DNA of 64,000 bases from Trichosphaerium sp. ATCC 40318 (lineage: Eukaryota; Protista; Tubulinea), in NCBI GenBank assembly GCA_038496445.1, contig JALMLS010000487.1:186001-250000 (forward strand). The letters are read 5' to 3'. The position numbers were made by a program, and so were the translations under genes. How positions within the stretch are numbered: the stretch's first letter is position 1; the number at the start of each line of letters is the position of its first letter. This document shows, piece after piece, positions 1 through 12,600 of this stretch. The notes below the pieces were generated by a model. That model was not told the origin of the DNA and did no database searches. It saw nothing but the letters and a program-made list of their open reading frames with translations.

Positions 1-3000
1 TTCTAGAGCTCTTGTACTGATAGAATTACGATCAAGTCGTGAAGAGTAAACGGCCATTCCCTTTTGATTGCATTAGCGCACCATACATCATCTGCGATGT
101 TAAACGTACCATAACACCAGGTATTACAATGATAAGAGCACCACTTCTACTGCATTTGGCTGGAAGACCAACAGAGAAAACAAACTCTCCTGAAAAGTCG
201 TGCATACCGCATGTTGCCATTAGAGACAAACAGTTGCGCACATACCGTACAGAGAAAACACGTTCGCCTAGATGGCGTTAGTTTGGGTAAAATTAAAAAT
301 GCAAAAAGATTTCTAGCGAAGAATGGTTTCGATCCATTGACCTTTGGGTTATGGGCCCAACACGCTCCCTGCTGCGCCACTTCGCTTTTTACGTTGTGAA
401 CTAAACGGATCGGAAAGTAGTCTTTCGAGACCAACGCAAAGACCCGTATTGACTTTACGTACCCGTCATTGGGTTAATACCGCCATTTGCCAAAGTTGCA
501 GCTGCAATCGACATGGTCCGTGTGCTCCATTCCATACAACAGCACTGAAAGAACATGTCCAAATCCATATTCAAATCTGCTTTTGGAGGAAAGGCGTTTT
601 CTTCTTGCTAAGCTTTGGTTTAGCGTTCTAGCAGACTAATAATAACCATTCGCACCATCATGTATGCTATTGCTTTTGCTTGTACAGATGCTCTTCGTAC
701 TTCAAGGTAAGCTGTATTGGAAAATGCAGGAGGAGAACCTAGGCGACTAATTAAATGTATTTGCTCAATTACATAAAAAACAACTCACCTGCTAGCTTCT
801 CATACATATCACGGATGAAAGAGAATCGCTACTCAAACGTCAACTTTGTTTCAAATGATTTCATGCCAATATTAACGTACATCACTATCTTCAAGGTCTG
901 GACGAAGCATACAAGCTGCAGTTATAGCTCCAGAGTCTGTCATTGGATTATGAGGTTTGTTATCTGAGTTAAGCTCCATTTCATTCCATCCCCTTCCACT
1001 TGGTTCACGACCAATATATTTATGGACATATTCTTCACCATGTAATTCCTTGAAGAAACATATTAGACTCAAACACTTTTTCATAAAGATGCTGTACGCA
1101 CTTGAGCAATACAGTAATTAAACGGGTAGCAACAATCGTCCATGACGACGTTAACCTCAGAATCACCATAATCAAATTGCTGACCATCAATAGAACAAAT
1201 GGATACGCCGTACTATAAAGTTGGTAAAAAAAATGGGCAAAAGAAAAGCAATTAAAAAAAAGGATTGTACCAAGTCGGTATCAGTCTTAGCATAACTTCG
1301 AATAAACGAAGAGTTAGCACCGCTTTGCATATTCTTTGTCTTGTTGTAGCATTGTATAACTGTTTCTGTAAATCTTGCCCAGTTAGGTACTATTAGTCTA
1401 CCAGTAAAAGCATTGTTTATCAAAGAACTGTACTAAAGAATAAGTCAGTTTCTCTGAACCAAAAACGAGATATGCCTACCGCCAGCTTTTGCTTGAATAC
1501 ATCAAAGTCAAAAAAATCTGGTAATTGTGATACTGTTGGTTTTAATCTCCTATCTTTACTCTTTATACCAAGAGTTGCCAGTATTTTAGTTAGAGTTTTC
1601 CTGGCACCGTAGTATTAGTAAACTATGTTCCAACAAAAAATAAATGTACCTTGACACTTTGCCAGTGCTTCCTACATCCAAGAAATTCCAGATGTTTGTT
1701 GCAACATCCACTGGTTCATTCTTACTTTCTGTTTGCTCATAGGCTTTTATTATTTCGAGAACTTCAGTGTGACCTTCACGCAATGCATCATCAAGTGGTG
1801 TGCCACCTAGAAATTTATATTAATAAAGAAAAATAATTCGTCAACTTTTGTTTGTCTTACCAAGATGGTCACATAATGTAGGATCAGCACCCATCTTTAG
1901 CAAATAGCTTACAATTTCAGTGTGTCCCTCAGACGCTGCTATATGCAGAGCAGAACGTTTATCGTAATCAACCTTTCAAGCAGAATTAGAAATTGAAAAA
2001 AAAACAAAACAAATTCTGTTGCTAATTTGTCTTACAAGATTAACAAGAACACCCCTGGCAATCATTTGTCTAACACGAAGGAAGTCTCCTTTTGCTACAC
2101 AAAACCAATATTCATGACAATTCTCCTGGTTTGTTACAGTAGTAGACATTATTGGATCAGCTGCTTTTTCTAACTCCTTCTCTTTAACTTTTCCGGCAGT
2201 AAGCCTATACCATACCAGTTAGAAATATGAAACGTTACCAATTGATGTCTTACACATGTGAGAACACGTCAAAACGATGAGAAGAGAAATGACGAACAAA
2301 CAAATCACAAAACCTTGACGAAGTTAGATGAAAAAGAAGTTGGATATCTTTACCTGTTACCACGAACACTATTTCCTAATTTATCCAACCTTGGAGAGAA
2401 TACACAAAATCCCTAAATGGTGATATTAGAAACATATACATACATTCAGACATACCATAACACCAGGTACAACTACTAAAAGAACACCTGAAACGCCTGA
2501 TTTTGCAGGAAGTCCAATTTTGAAATAGAACTCTCCGGAATAATCGTACATGCCACATGTCGCCTATACATAGTACAAGTGTTAGACGAAGCAATATAAA
2601 ATTATGAGTATCAATACCATTATCGAAAGGCAAGCACGGACAGTACCAGGCTCAAAAACACGCTATTAAAAACAATCAGAGAAAAATAGGAATGTATCTT
2701 GAAGCTGTACTTACACGATCTGTGACAGGGCATACTCCTCCGTTTGCCAATGTAGCTGCTACCTAAGTTTATTATTAAGGGTTAACCATATCTATCAAAA
2801 AGCACGTACAATAGCCATACGATTGCAGTCCATTTCGATAGAACAGCACATAAAATAAAACTCGAGTACTTCATTTAAGTTTGTAACATGCTCCGGAAAC
2901 GCTTCACGTTGTTTCTAGGTTGTATGATTACTATATATCTTGTATACTCTATTGTACCATCATGTAAGTTAAACACCAATTTCTATCCGCTGATCCACGC

Positions 3001-4362
3001 TCTGAGAGAAAAACAGATGTCGCAAATCCCACCTTTCGAAAGTACTGTCAATACTAACACAAAAAATGGTTCTATCACTCACTTTTCTATCACCACAACA
3101 TTTACTCCATACAGATGTTACGTAATCCCATTTCTAGAGTCCATCAACAACACTAAACAAAAAAAAAACATACATCTGCCATGCCTAGCTCAGGTCTCAA
3201 CAGAGAGGCTACCATAATAGCACCACTAGTATTATTTAGACAACTGACAAGAATGCAAAAAACTTAATACCTGTTGATGAGTGGGTTGTGAGGTAGACCG
3301 TCTTGATTAAGAACACGTTCGTTGAAATTCCTACCAGAAGGTTCTCGTCTTATTGAAAAAGGTCAATCATAGTACTTCAACATACAATTACTTACCCCAC
3401 ATGTTTATGTACTCTTTCTTGACCTTGTCTCTCGAGTACTGTACAGTACGTAATGGGTTTACTTGTTGATTGCACCTAGATTTCATCGTAAGAGATGTGT
3501 AAAAAAAACAATAAAAATACTAGCTTACAGAAAACTCTGCATCGCTGTCGCCAAGATTTAGTACTTGTCCATCAATAGTGCATACAGATACACCTTAAAT
3601 AGATATTAAACAGCTTGATAAAGTAGCTGAAAACCAAGTGAACTACAAGTTAGATTTTGCTTACCAAAAAGTTCAGGATCGACATTAGCTAATTGTGGTA
3701 TGTATGAGGCTACATCGCCACTCTTGCACTTAGAAGTCCTTGTGTAAATGCGTTTTATCTATTACAGAGTAAGTAAGCAATCCAATAGATAAAATAGCAC
3801 GAAGAAAACCCAAAAACAAAAGTGGAAGTTTTTTGTAGTTTTCTTGTTTGTATGTGAATTTGTACGAACAGTTTGGGCGAATGATTCATAGTCTGCTATA
3901 ACCAAATCATCTATAACTATGTTAGTACAATGCAAGTGTTTGGGCAAGTTATACCTGCCGCTAAAATAGGTATTTTATCAAAAAATTAAATTTAAACTAC
4001 ATGTACGTCTGAAAGCCCTGTTGATTAGAGTGCTTGTATTCAAGAGTTGCGTAAATTCTTCAAATGTAACCCGCGGACCAATTCGTAATGTCTCCAGGAC
4101 TCGTTTAATACGCGGATCCTCTTCATGGCATAAACCATGACCTTTTAGAACCTATCTTGGGTTAATCACTCTAGTATGTACATACTTTGTAATAAAAGTT
4201 TTCTGTAATCATCCGTTACTGTATACGTACGCTCAAAATTGCTTTTCGAGCAATCGTTTCATTTGTTGGGTCCTTTGCGTCAGAAAGAGAATCAAAAATC
4301 TGTCTGGCATTATCTGGACCTACAACACCATCGCCTTTACGCAGCCTTGGTGTTTTCCTCAT
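1..4362 (-). CDS. GLS: Multi-exon glutaminase (GLS/KGA-type) with internal duplication: active glutaminase domain, ankyrin repeats, EF-hand-like segment, degenerate second glutaminase domain; runs off window start
   Basis: Spliced translation from ATG 4362. Domain 1: [38 protein letters not shown]...[22 protein letters not shown]. Ankyrins: [28 protein letters not shown]. Domain 2: [39 protein letters not shown]. Confidence 0.93.
314..386 (-). tRNA. tRNA-iMet: Initiator tRNA-Met (CAT), inside glutaminase intron 268-462
   Basis: 73-nt cloverleaf AGCGAAG...CTTCGCT-A with CAT anticodon, A1:U72 pair, three G-C pairs in the anticodon stem and ATCGAAA T-loop (A54/A60), all eukaryotic initiator hallmarks; followed by a T5 terminator. 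Confidence 0.97.
417..426 (-). promoter_or_regulatory. Conserved upstream box GAAAGACTAC at -40..-31 of tRNA-iMet (also at 17141-17150)
   Basis: Identical 10-mer at an identical distance upstream of both tRNA copies, while the intervening 19 nt have diverged. Confidence 0.5.
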
Positions 4363-4703
4363 TTTCAACCGAAAGTGAAACCAGCGTTTGTTAAATAACT
4401 ATTTTTGTATGCGCTTGTAACGGACGTGTTGTTAACGTTATTGTGATTGTTTGTAGGTTAAGTCCAACAAAAACTAATGATAAATTGGGCCAAACTAAAC
4501 TTACTACCATTAGTGCCCATTACCACAATTCTTCACATCACAATTATACAGAAACAGTTCAACTTTATCGCGGTACAAAATTGTAAAAAATCACTCTTTG
4601 GCGACTGGCTGGACATGTATGCGTGCGTATTGAATTGGTGAGTTTAAACTCAGATAGGGAAATTACAAATCATTGATTTGAAGGTGTCATTTTCGATAAC
4701 GTG

Positions 4704-5515
4704 TCACTTTTTTATGGCAGCAATTAAATTTTGCAAGGCAACTGTCAAGGCTTCGTTATCACCATCATTCTGTATCTCAATATCCCATGGCGTCCTAGCA
4801 CAGTATGAAAAGAATATAAGGCGTATACCTAGTAAGTCGTACCAAGTGTCAAGAGCACATTCTGACGCTGCATCGTCAACACCAGAAACGAAAACCCATC
4901 TTCAAAAAAACCAATTACAAACAAATGAATTTTTTTCTCACTTCTATGCATACCCACGAGATTCACGAACTGTCTGTTGCGTCTTCACACGTACGAGAAT
5001 ACAGGTATATTTTTGTTTGAAGTATTGGAGGTCTGTGGGCCGTCTGTGGTTCAATATTAATAATCTAACTTTGCACCACTGTAATAATGCCGTACCTGGC
5101 GTCACTAACAATCCACACGTTTTTGGTGCTGTCTTTTGTAGCAAGTTTACAAAAGTATCCAGGATCAAGGTTACGTTTCTCCTCACCCCATCGAATCATA
5201 TCAGCACGGTATTTCTCTTTGTAAGGTCCTGCGCCCAATAGTTTTTGATAATCAAGGTTATGTTCCTGTACACGCGCTAAGAGAGCGAATATAGCGAAAA
5301 AAGACGTACCTTGGCGTAAGCGCCTTTCAGCGGACCGCTAAGCCTTACAACATCACAAGCCTCACTACCAAGCCTAATACACCGTTACAGGAGTGGAATA
5401 AATGTGTAGTAGTGTACTTTTTTTCCAATAGCTCTGTGATGTAGTCTTTACCACTTTTACGCTTGCCAGAAAATATAACAACTACTTTAGGTACAAAATC
5501 TGTAGCTGTTGACAT
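4704..5515 (-). CDS. PMVK: Phosphomevalonate kinase, animal (NMP-kinase fold) type
   Basis: IFSGKRKSGKDY P-loop, LSGPLK.AYAK, GPYKEKYRADMIRWGEEKR..DPGYFC, IVSDARRPTD, RGWVFVSGVDDAASECALD. Confidence 0.93.
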
Positions 5516-5737
5516 TTTGTGCAATTTGAAAATATCTGACTTACCAAACGGCGTGACGACCGAAAAAATAACTGTGGGTGTGTATGATAACATACAGTCA
5601 CGTTTGACAAGTTCAATGAAGGAACAACTGATTACTGACATGAAAATGACATTTAGTGCTTACTGAATGTTGTTTATTGGAACAGAGCGTATAGCGCCTC
5701 TGTGTACTGGGTTTTTTTGTTTTTAAGTTTTAGTTGT

Positions 5738-6394
5738 CTATTCTTCTTGTTGTGCAATTACGCTACCTTTGTTCTCAATAGCAAATTTGTACTTCAAACA
5801 AGCAATGAGTTGTCCATCGTCTGTTTTTGCTTCGTATGTTCCTGTGTAACCAGTTGCCTTTAAAAACCATTCATTAGAATAACTCGTAGCGGCCTAAAGC
5901 GCATTTCGTACAGAGATAGCAAAAGAAGGAACTGGAAGAGTGAGCTGAGTTGTGTAGTTTCCGGCTGGGCATGGGCATGCACATTTTGGAATGATTGGAG
6001 GGTTGCATACGTCACCTAATACGGTTTAGGATCGATAATGACGCAAATCAAGAAAACTCATCTTACCTTTATAAGATTGTACGGGTAAACCATCAAGAGC
6101 TACTGTAGTGCTGTATGAGCCATTAGAAATAACCTTTGCTTTTCCTACTGTGTATACGGTGACCTTTTTACCGGCAATAGCAGGGTCTACATGGTAGTGA
6201 GAAAGAAACAACTACGGCGTACACTGCAAAGCTTAACTTCGTAAAAAAAAGTAAGTCGACGAACTCGTACAAGGCTTCATGTATACGTCAGTTACGTCAA
6301 ATAGCGGATTTTGGTCTTGTTTGCAAAGTTTATATTTAAATGCGCCAAGGGCAACGGCTAGGAATGCAAGAGCGATAAGAAGCAGCTTTGTCAT
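5738..6394 (-). CDS. Secreted ML-domain (NPC2 / PG-PI transfer protein-like) lipid-binding protein
   Basis: Signal peptide MTKLLLIALAFLAVALG, P.P..AGK.VTV, GDVC...CPCPAG.Y, GQLIACL. Confidence 0.8.
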
Positions 6395-6459
6395 AATGAA
6401 CACTGTATTTTGATGCTTCGGTTAGAGTAGCAGTTAAGTCTCAAATTGGAAATTTCGAA

Positions 6460-6910
6460 TGACTAGTTTCAGTTGCAAATTTTATTCATGCTGGCAATCA
6501 TTGATTTGAATTCTCGTCTGGCTAAAACCCAAATCAAGTGTACAAGTTGCTCAACGCCTCTTGCCCTTCTTGTAAAGTTCTGTGGCATTTTAACCTCACT
6601 TGTGCTCAGTATCAGGCTCAGCCAATCCGTATTAAGGGTGCTCAAGATGTGGAAGTTGTAGCAATTGCCAATACCAACGGCTGGAAAAGGTATGTTCTCC
6701 TTCCTCTCTTTCCCAATCTAACCACTAAACGAAATAGGTGCCTTCGTGCCATATTGTAATAGAACGCAACCAAGGCTGCAAACACATGACATGTAGATGT
6801 GGGTAAGTATACAATATACCATTGTTGATAGCTAAAACCAAATAGTAAACAGTTTTGCTATAACTGCACAAAGGATTGGACTTCAAACCATTCATGCAAC
6901 TGACAATAAA
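6460..6910 (+). pseudogene. Frameshifted IBR-RING2 (RBR E3 ligase) fragment
   Basis: CPSCKVLWH..LTC.QYQ and WKRC(P)SCHIVIERNQGCKHMTCRCG..FCYNC motifs, requiring frameshifts near 6560 and 6743; no RING1 or clear start. Confidence 0.7.
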
Positions 6911-7107
6911 AACTATCTCACTCTTTCAGTTTGGTTGAGCCAGGATCAGCTACCCTTCTTGTATTTGTAGAAATAAATACGAGCATAAAGAACACGTGAC
7001 GAAACTAATCTTTACTTCTTGTTCCTTCGTTTTGCTGTGAAAGTAACAAACAATCTACGCAAACTGCAAGCAACTAATTGACCAACAGTTTTTAACAAGT
7101 GGTCAAA

Positions 7108-8920
7108 ATGAACAAGCCACAGGTTCAGTTAAACAAAAACGAAACAATGTTCGCTTAACTGTACCATAGAACAAGACACGGAGACCGGAGACAATGCGTG
7201 ACATATCTATTAAACTACCTACAGGATTACGGATTGCAGCTAAGGCATGGGGAAACAGAAAGAGTAAAGTACGAATTTATTTCACATAGTTCCTTTTAAA
7301 AATAGTGTAATACGCGTTAAAACATGTTTAGACGAAGATTTTGGCGTTACATGGGTACATTAAGCAAGTTTTAAATTTACTCTTGTTAAAAGCAACAGGT
7401 GGATGGATAATTGCGGTACATGGGATGCTATGGCTCCGTCTCTCGCACAAAGAGGTAATTGTTAGTAAAAAAGTGTACCCGCTCGTAGCAAACGCTTAAA
7501 CGTTCAAAATACTCACAAAAAAGCGTATTGTTGAGCAGTTGGGAAATTGTAGATTACCATTTTTTGTCTAAGTATTTTGACAATCCTCTTTTTAAGGTGC
7601 CTACGTCGTAGCTATGGATTTTGTTGGTCATGGGCAATCAGACCATTTACCTCAGCACTCTGAGTATTTTGTAGTGCTACATGCAGCTACGGTAAGATAT
7701 ATTGACGTGACAACCGTAGTTTCCTTGTTTGATTGACACTTACAAAATATGTCTTTTTTGTTTTTCATTAGACCCTGTTGTTTCATGTTATTTTTAATGA
7801 TTGTTAAAGGTTATACAAGTTCTAGAGGCATTAGGCTGGGATTCGTGTCATCTATTAGGTCATTCTATGGGTGCTGGTGCGTATTATTTGGAGTAAATAT
7901 CAGAAAAAGAACATTTAATCACGTGCCAGTTACGTACTTATAGCAACTCATAATTGTATTTCAGGAGTTGCTTCAATAGTTGCTGGAACACTCCCTGCAG
8001 TTGTAAGAACGTTTTGTGCGATAGACCTTTTGGGTGCGAATTTGTGTTTTGACGCAGGCAGAATGTATTAAACTTTCTTTCAAAGGTGTATACACTGCTG
8101 AGATGACTGATAAAACAGCACCTGTTAATCTAGAACACGCCGTTAAACAAAGAAAGAACTTATCCAAACGGGTGCCAAAGGTAAGCATATTGCTGGTAGC
8201 AGATATTAAAGAGTATTGTTTCCCAATATTGACATAGTTTAGGTGTACCCTGACTTAAAACAAGCAGTAGAAAAATTACGAGGTAACAATCCAACGCTGG
8301 CTAAGCATACAGCAAAATCTATAGCAAGACGTGGAACTGTACAAGTTGAAGGTAAGACTAATATAAAGAGACGAAACTAGGGAACGTTCTCACGCTGTTT
8401 TACTATTTAGGCGGAGTTTGCTTTTGTCATGATTATCGCTTGGTCGGACATTCTCTTATGCGGTACAGAGAGGATGATATGATTCATTTTATGGAACGCA
8501 TAGCTTGCCCTACATTACTCATATTAGCAGGTACGTGTAAATGCATTAAAACAGTTGTTTATTTGAGTTTCTCATTTTATTCTTGTTTTATTGTACTTAA
8601 CATTTTTTAGGTAGCACTGTCGATCGTTGGAAAAAAGCAGACTCAAAAGCAGAAAAACTTGCTAAAGAACAGAGAGACGCAGGAAAGGAGGCAGATGCTA
8701 AAAATACCTTCTTAAAAATCTACAACAAGCGAATTAAGTCAGTTTCTGGAATAACTGTGAAAGTATTACCAGGTAAACAAATCAAGCCCATTGCATTTAT
8801 AATTATCTTAACTCTAACTGTAATGTTCGTATAGGTGGTCACCATGTACACTCTGATAAAGCTGAAGAATGTTTACCTTTTATACTAAATATGATTCAAA
8901 AGACTGAGCCTAAACTATAA
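7108..8920 (+). CDS. Alpha/beta hydrolase, serine hydrolase-like (SERHL), probably peroxisomal
   Basis: LALHGWMDN, DFVGHGQSDH, GHSMGA nucleophile elbow, PGGHHVH; ends with the PTS1-like tripeptide PKL. Confidence 0.88.
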
Positions 8921-9600
8921 AAAAAAAAGCTTGTGAAATATAACGATAACTTCTCACAAACGTCAAATGAAGTCTAAAACTGGGCTATTTAAGATCCATA
9001 GCATTGGCAAGGCTTGTCAATGCTGTTATCAAAACCTGGCTACTGACGTTCGAACAAGACTTCATAGGACAGTACATTTTGTTCTTCATGGTTTTTTCTG
9101 CGATAAGTCGTTTGAACTACAAGATAGGTTTTTTGAGTCTCTGAGAGACAGTGTATTAAACCTTTACTACGTCCACGCTGTTAAGCACAGCATCAGATAA
9201 GTGGAGATCCAACGTTTGTTCACAACACTTGGGAGGTAACATGCTAACACAATCCCGCTTGAAACAATCCCTACACATGCGAAAGTGTTATTCTTCAAAA
9301 CAGCTAAAGAATTTGGTTCCAAACCGTTAGACATTGTTTGCACCAATAGTGACTACAAGGCGTAGAATGGCATGACGTCGACTCTTTACAGACGAAGCAA
9401 GTTTGTTTAACCCAAGTGAATTTGTTCATACTTTGAAAAGCGTACACTATCCTATAGCAATTGGACAACGTGAGTTAGTGTAAAGAGAAGACTTTTAGTG
9501 CTTAATAAACGAAGATTTTGACTAGACAAACTCTCTCAGAGAATAACTTTTTTTTTTCGCACTACGCAGTATAACGCGCTTTATTTAAACTAGCAGCAAT

Positions 9601-12600
9601 TTAAGGTTCTGAGCACTCCATGTTGCTCTCAAGATAAGCGATTCGAGCCAGTAGTTTCGCATTGGCTTCCTCTAAAGCTGTGTTTGCTTGGTTTAGCTTT
9701 TCCAGCTTGGCATTGTCTTCCTCCAACTTTGCGATTCTCTCTTTTTGCTTGGCATTATCTTGTTCTAGTTTAACGATTTGATTGTATTTTTTGGTATTGG
9801 TTTTCTCTAGTATTGCGTTGGCTTGTCTCAAATCTTCTAGTCCAGTGTTTGATACATGGATGTTCTTTTTTTGTTGTGTGTATGTTTGCTCAGGTTGATT
9901 CGGCTTTGCACCTGCCCATAATTGTCTTTGTACAAAGTAAATTAGCAAACCTTTTTATGTTAATGTAGTCGTACCGTGTATTTTTGAACGACTCGCCATC
10001 AGACAGCTCATCATCGGACAAGTCATCTGACTCACTGATATCTTCTGATATTGAAAGCTCTGTGTTTTTTGTATTTTTATTTCCACTCTGTTTGATGGCA
10101 TTAGTCTGGGAAGACTCTTTTGACACTTTGTTTGATTTCTTCTTGGGAGTTTTTTTTTCCTGTCCACGTTTCTTTGGTTTCCTTACAACCTTAATAATAT
10201 ATCGAGCAATGGCTTGAATATCTACATGAATAAGTATTTAATACTGACGCTTCACGTTGGTACCTTGAGCTACAACCAACTCATCATATACATACTTCTC
10301 AATATTTTCTTTAACTGCTTCACCTTTTTTGTTTACCACTGCATAATGACTTTGGTATCCGGGTTTAATAGGCTTGCCCATAAAGTTGACGCTGTCGTTA
10401 GGATTTTCTAGTACCTACTTGTACTTTAGATAACAGGTTAACCAATGTTTCATACAGGATACACGTTTCCTGGAGTAACTAAACTAAGAATCAGTGTTTT
10501 TTCAGTTCCTGAATGGTCATATGCGCAAGCATAAGTGATACTACTCTATTGTATATTGTTAAACAAGAGAAGCAGTTTGATGTTATAGTACTGTAAAGTA
10601 GATTCCTTGTCCGTAGTATCCAGCATCCAATGCACTTACAGTTCCGAATCCAGCTTTTACAATACTCTCAGCTGCTTTTTTACTCGTACCATGAACCATC
10701 AATATCACTGGTAACTAAGCAAGCTGGTTAGTAAAGATATTTTGACAAACAATACCGGTTGAGGTGAACTATCTGTATCATCATTATTACTCTGATTGGT
10801 TGTTGTCAGTGCATTAAACTTTCGGTAAACACCCTCTCTGTAATTCATGCCATACTCCTTCCAACCTTCCTTTTTAAACAAGCTGGGAAGTTCTCTATAA
10901 CATGTTTAGAACCACAAAAAAGGATATATAAACTATGGAATTAACATACAAGTGCCTGTGGCTTAGTATTTGGTTGGCCCTTCCAAAGTTTTCTACTAAG
11001 ATATCATTATGTACAAGACTTGCCTCAACAATGGTGTGATCATTGTAGCCGTGCATTCTCGACATGCTTTGTTGGAGAACGCTAAATTCTCTAACTGCCA
11101 CTTTGTCATCTGGATCAAGGAGGTTTAGAGTTCTGTAGTCTGTTGCCTTTACCACTGCACCCCTTTGCGGGAGTGAATACAAGAAAATGTAGTAGTTGTA
11201 CTAATTTGTACGCACATGTTTTTTGGTCTGTCCCAATTGTATGCAAAATGCAATCGTGGATTTAGATCCCATGCATTTTCACTTTTTACTCCTGTTAAGG
11301 GGTCATGTAGATTATCCTGAGCCAATATTAGCAACATGCTTAGTGTTTTAGATTCTGTACAATTTCGCTCTTTAGTTCATCTGTGACACCACATTGAGGA
11401 GTATTACCCCAAGCGTCATCAGGCATGTCATACAAGATACCTTTCATTAGTTTTCCATCTTGTTTCCAAAAGTGCTGGGGAAAAAAAAGTGTTATTTAAG
11501 TATAGAAGCAACTTGTAGATGTTGTACACGTGATGTGACAGTGCTGGGATCAAGAGTACAAATCAAACTACAAATTCCTTTCTCAATTGCAAGTTTAAAG
11601 TAAGAACGTGTTGGCTTTTAACAATCAGTTAATATTGGTAAACTAATGATATAATTAACATACCAAGTGCGGAAGCCATTCTAAAAGTTGTAGTTTCCAC
11701 TCTTCTTCATCTACTGCTTTCCACAGCGTGTGGCATTGTTTGCCACTAGGACAACGTTTTAAGAAACGTACAAATGAGTCGACAGATGAAGGTGTATTCG
11801 ATATCAGTTCATAAAAGAGTAACCAAAAAAACTCTTGCCACTTTTTTTTCTCCACAGGTAACACTAAATAAATTGGTTTATTTCTTATAAATATTGATGA
11901 TTGCCGTCGAGTACCTAAATTAATACTGCTTCTATCTTCAACAATTTCAATACTATTAGTGTATCTCACTTTCAAGTTATCTGCATAAAGCAAAACTGTT
12001 GTTCCATTTTCATCAACAAACTTAGCATCTGCTTTTGCTTCAATTAATAATTGTACGACTTTACTTTTGCTTCTTAATCCTGAACAGTGTGAATATTGTT
12101 GATTGTTTCAAAATACTTAACTTGCTATCTGTATAGCTGTATGGCCATGGTTATCTGTAGCATTTATATCTACTTTTGCTGAATTGATTAATGCTTCAAC
12201 AATGGTTGCATAGCCTTTTGATGCTGAAAGGTGTTAAGTAACATCATTGTATTCGCAACGTCAGTATACCTGCAATATGAAGAACTGGCCCATAATCAAT
12301 ATAGAAGTAATTGAGATCTATGTTTGGTGTGTTTATCAATAGTTTAACCATATTTTCATAGCCTTCTGATACTGAGAAGTGTCATTAGCATATTGTATAG
12401 TTATTATATTGTACCTGCTCTATATAAGGCATAGCGCTTGGTCTTTTCTGTTTTGTTTATCAAAAAATTAACAGTATCTGCGCGATCTTTTGATACTGAG
12501 AAGTGTGAGTATTATCTACTGTATATTTAAAAACAATGTACATGCAAAATCCAAAGCGTTATTGTCTTTATCTCCAGTTTTGTTTACAAATAGTTTAACA

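Noticed and set aside
147-434. ORFs 147-434 and 17000-17215 share the peptide [33 protein letters not shown]
   Set aside because: This is just the translation of the duplicated tRNA-iMet gene and its flanks, not a protein repeat.
8960-9500. Possible decayed ankyrin-like relic between SERHL-like and ankyrin-ART genes
   Set aside because: Similarity too weak to support by eye.
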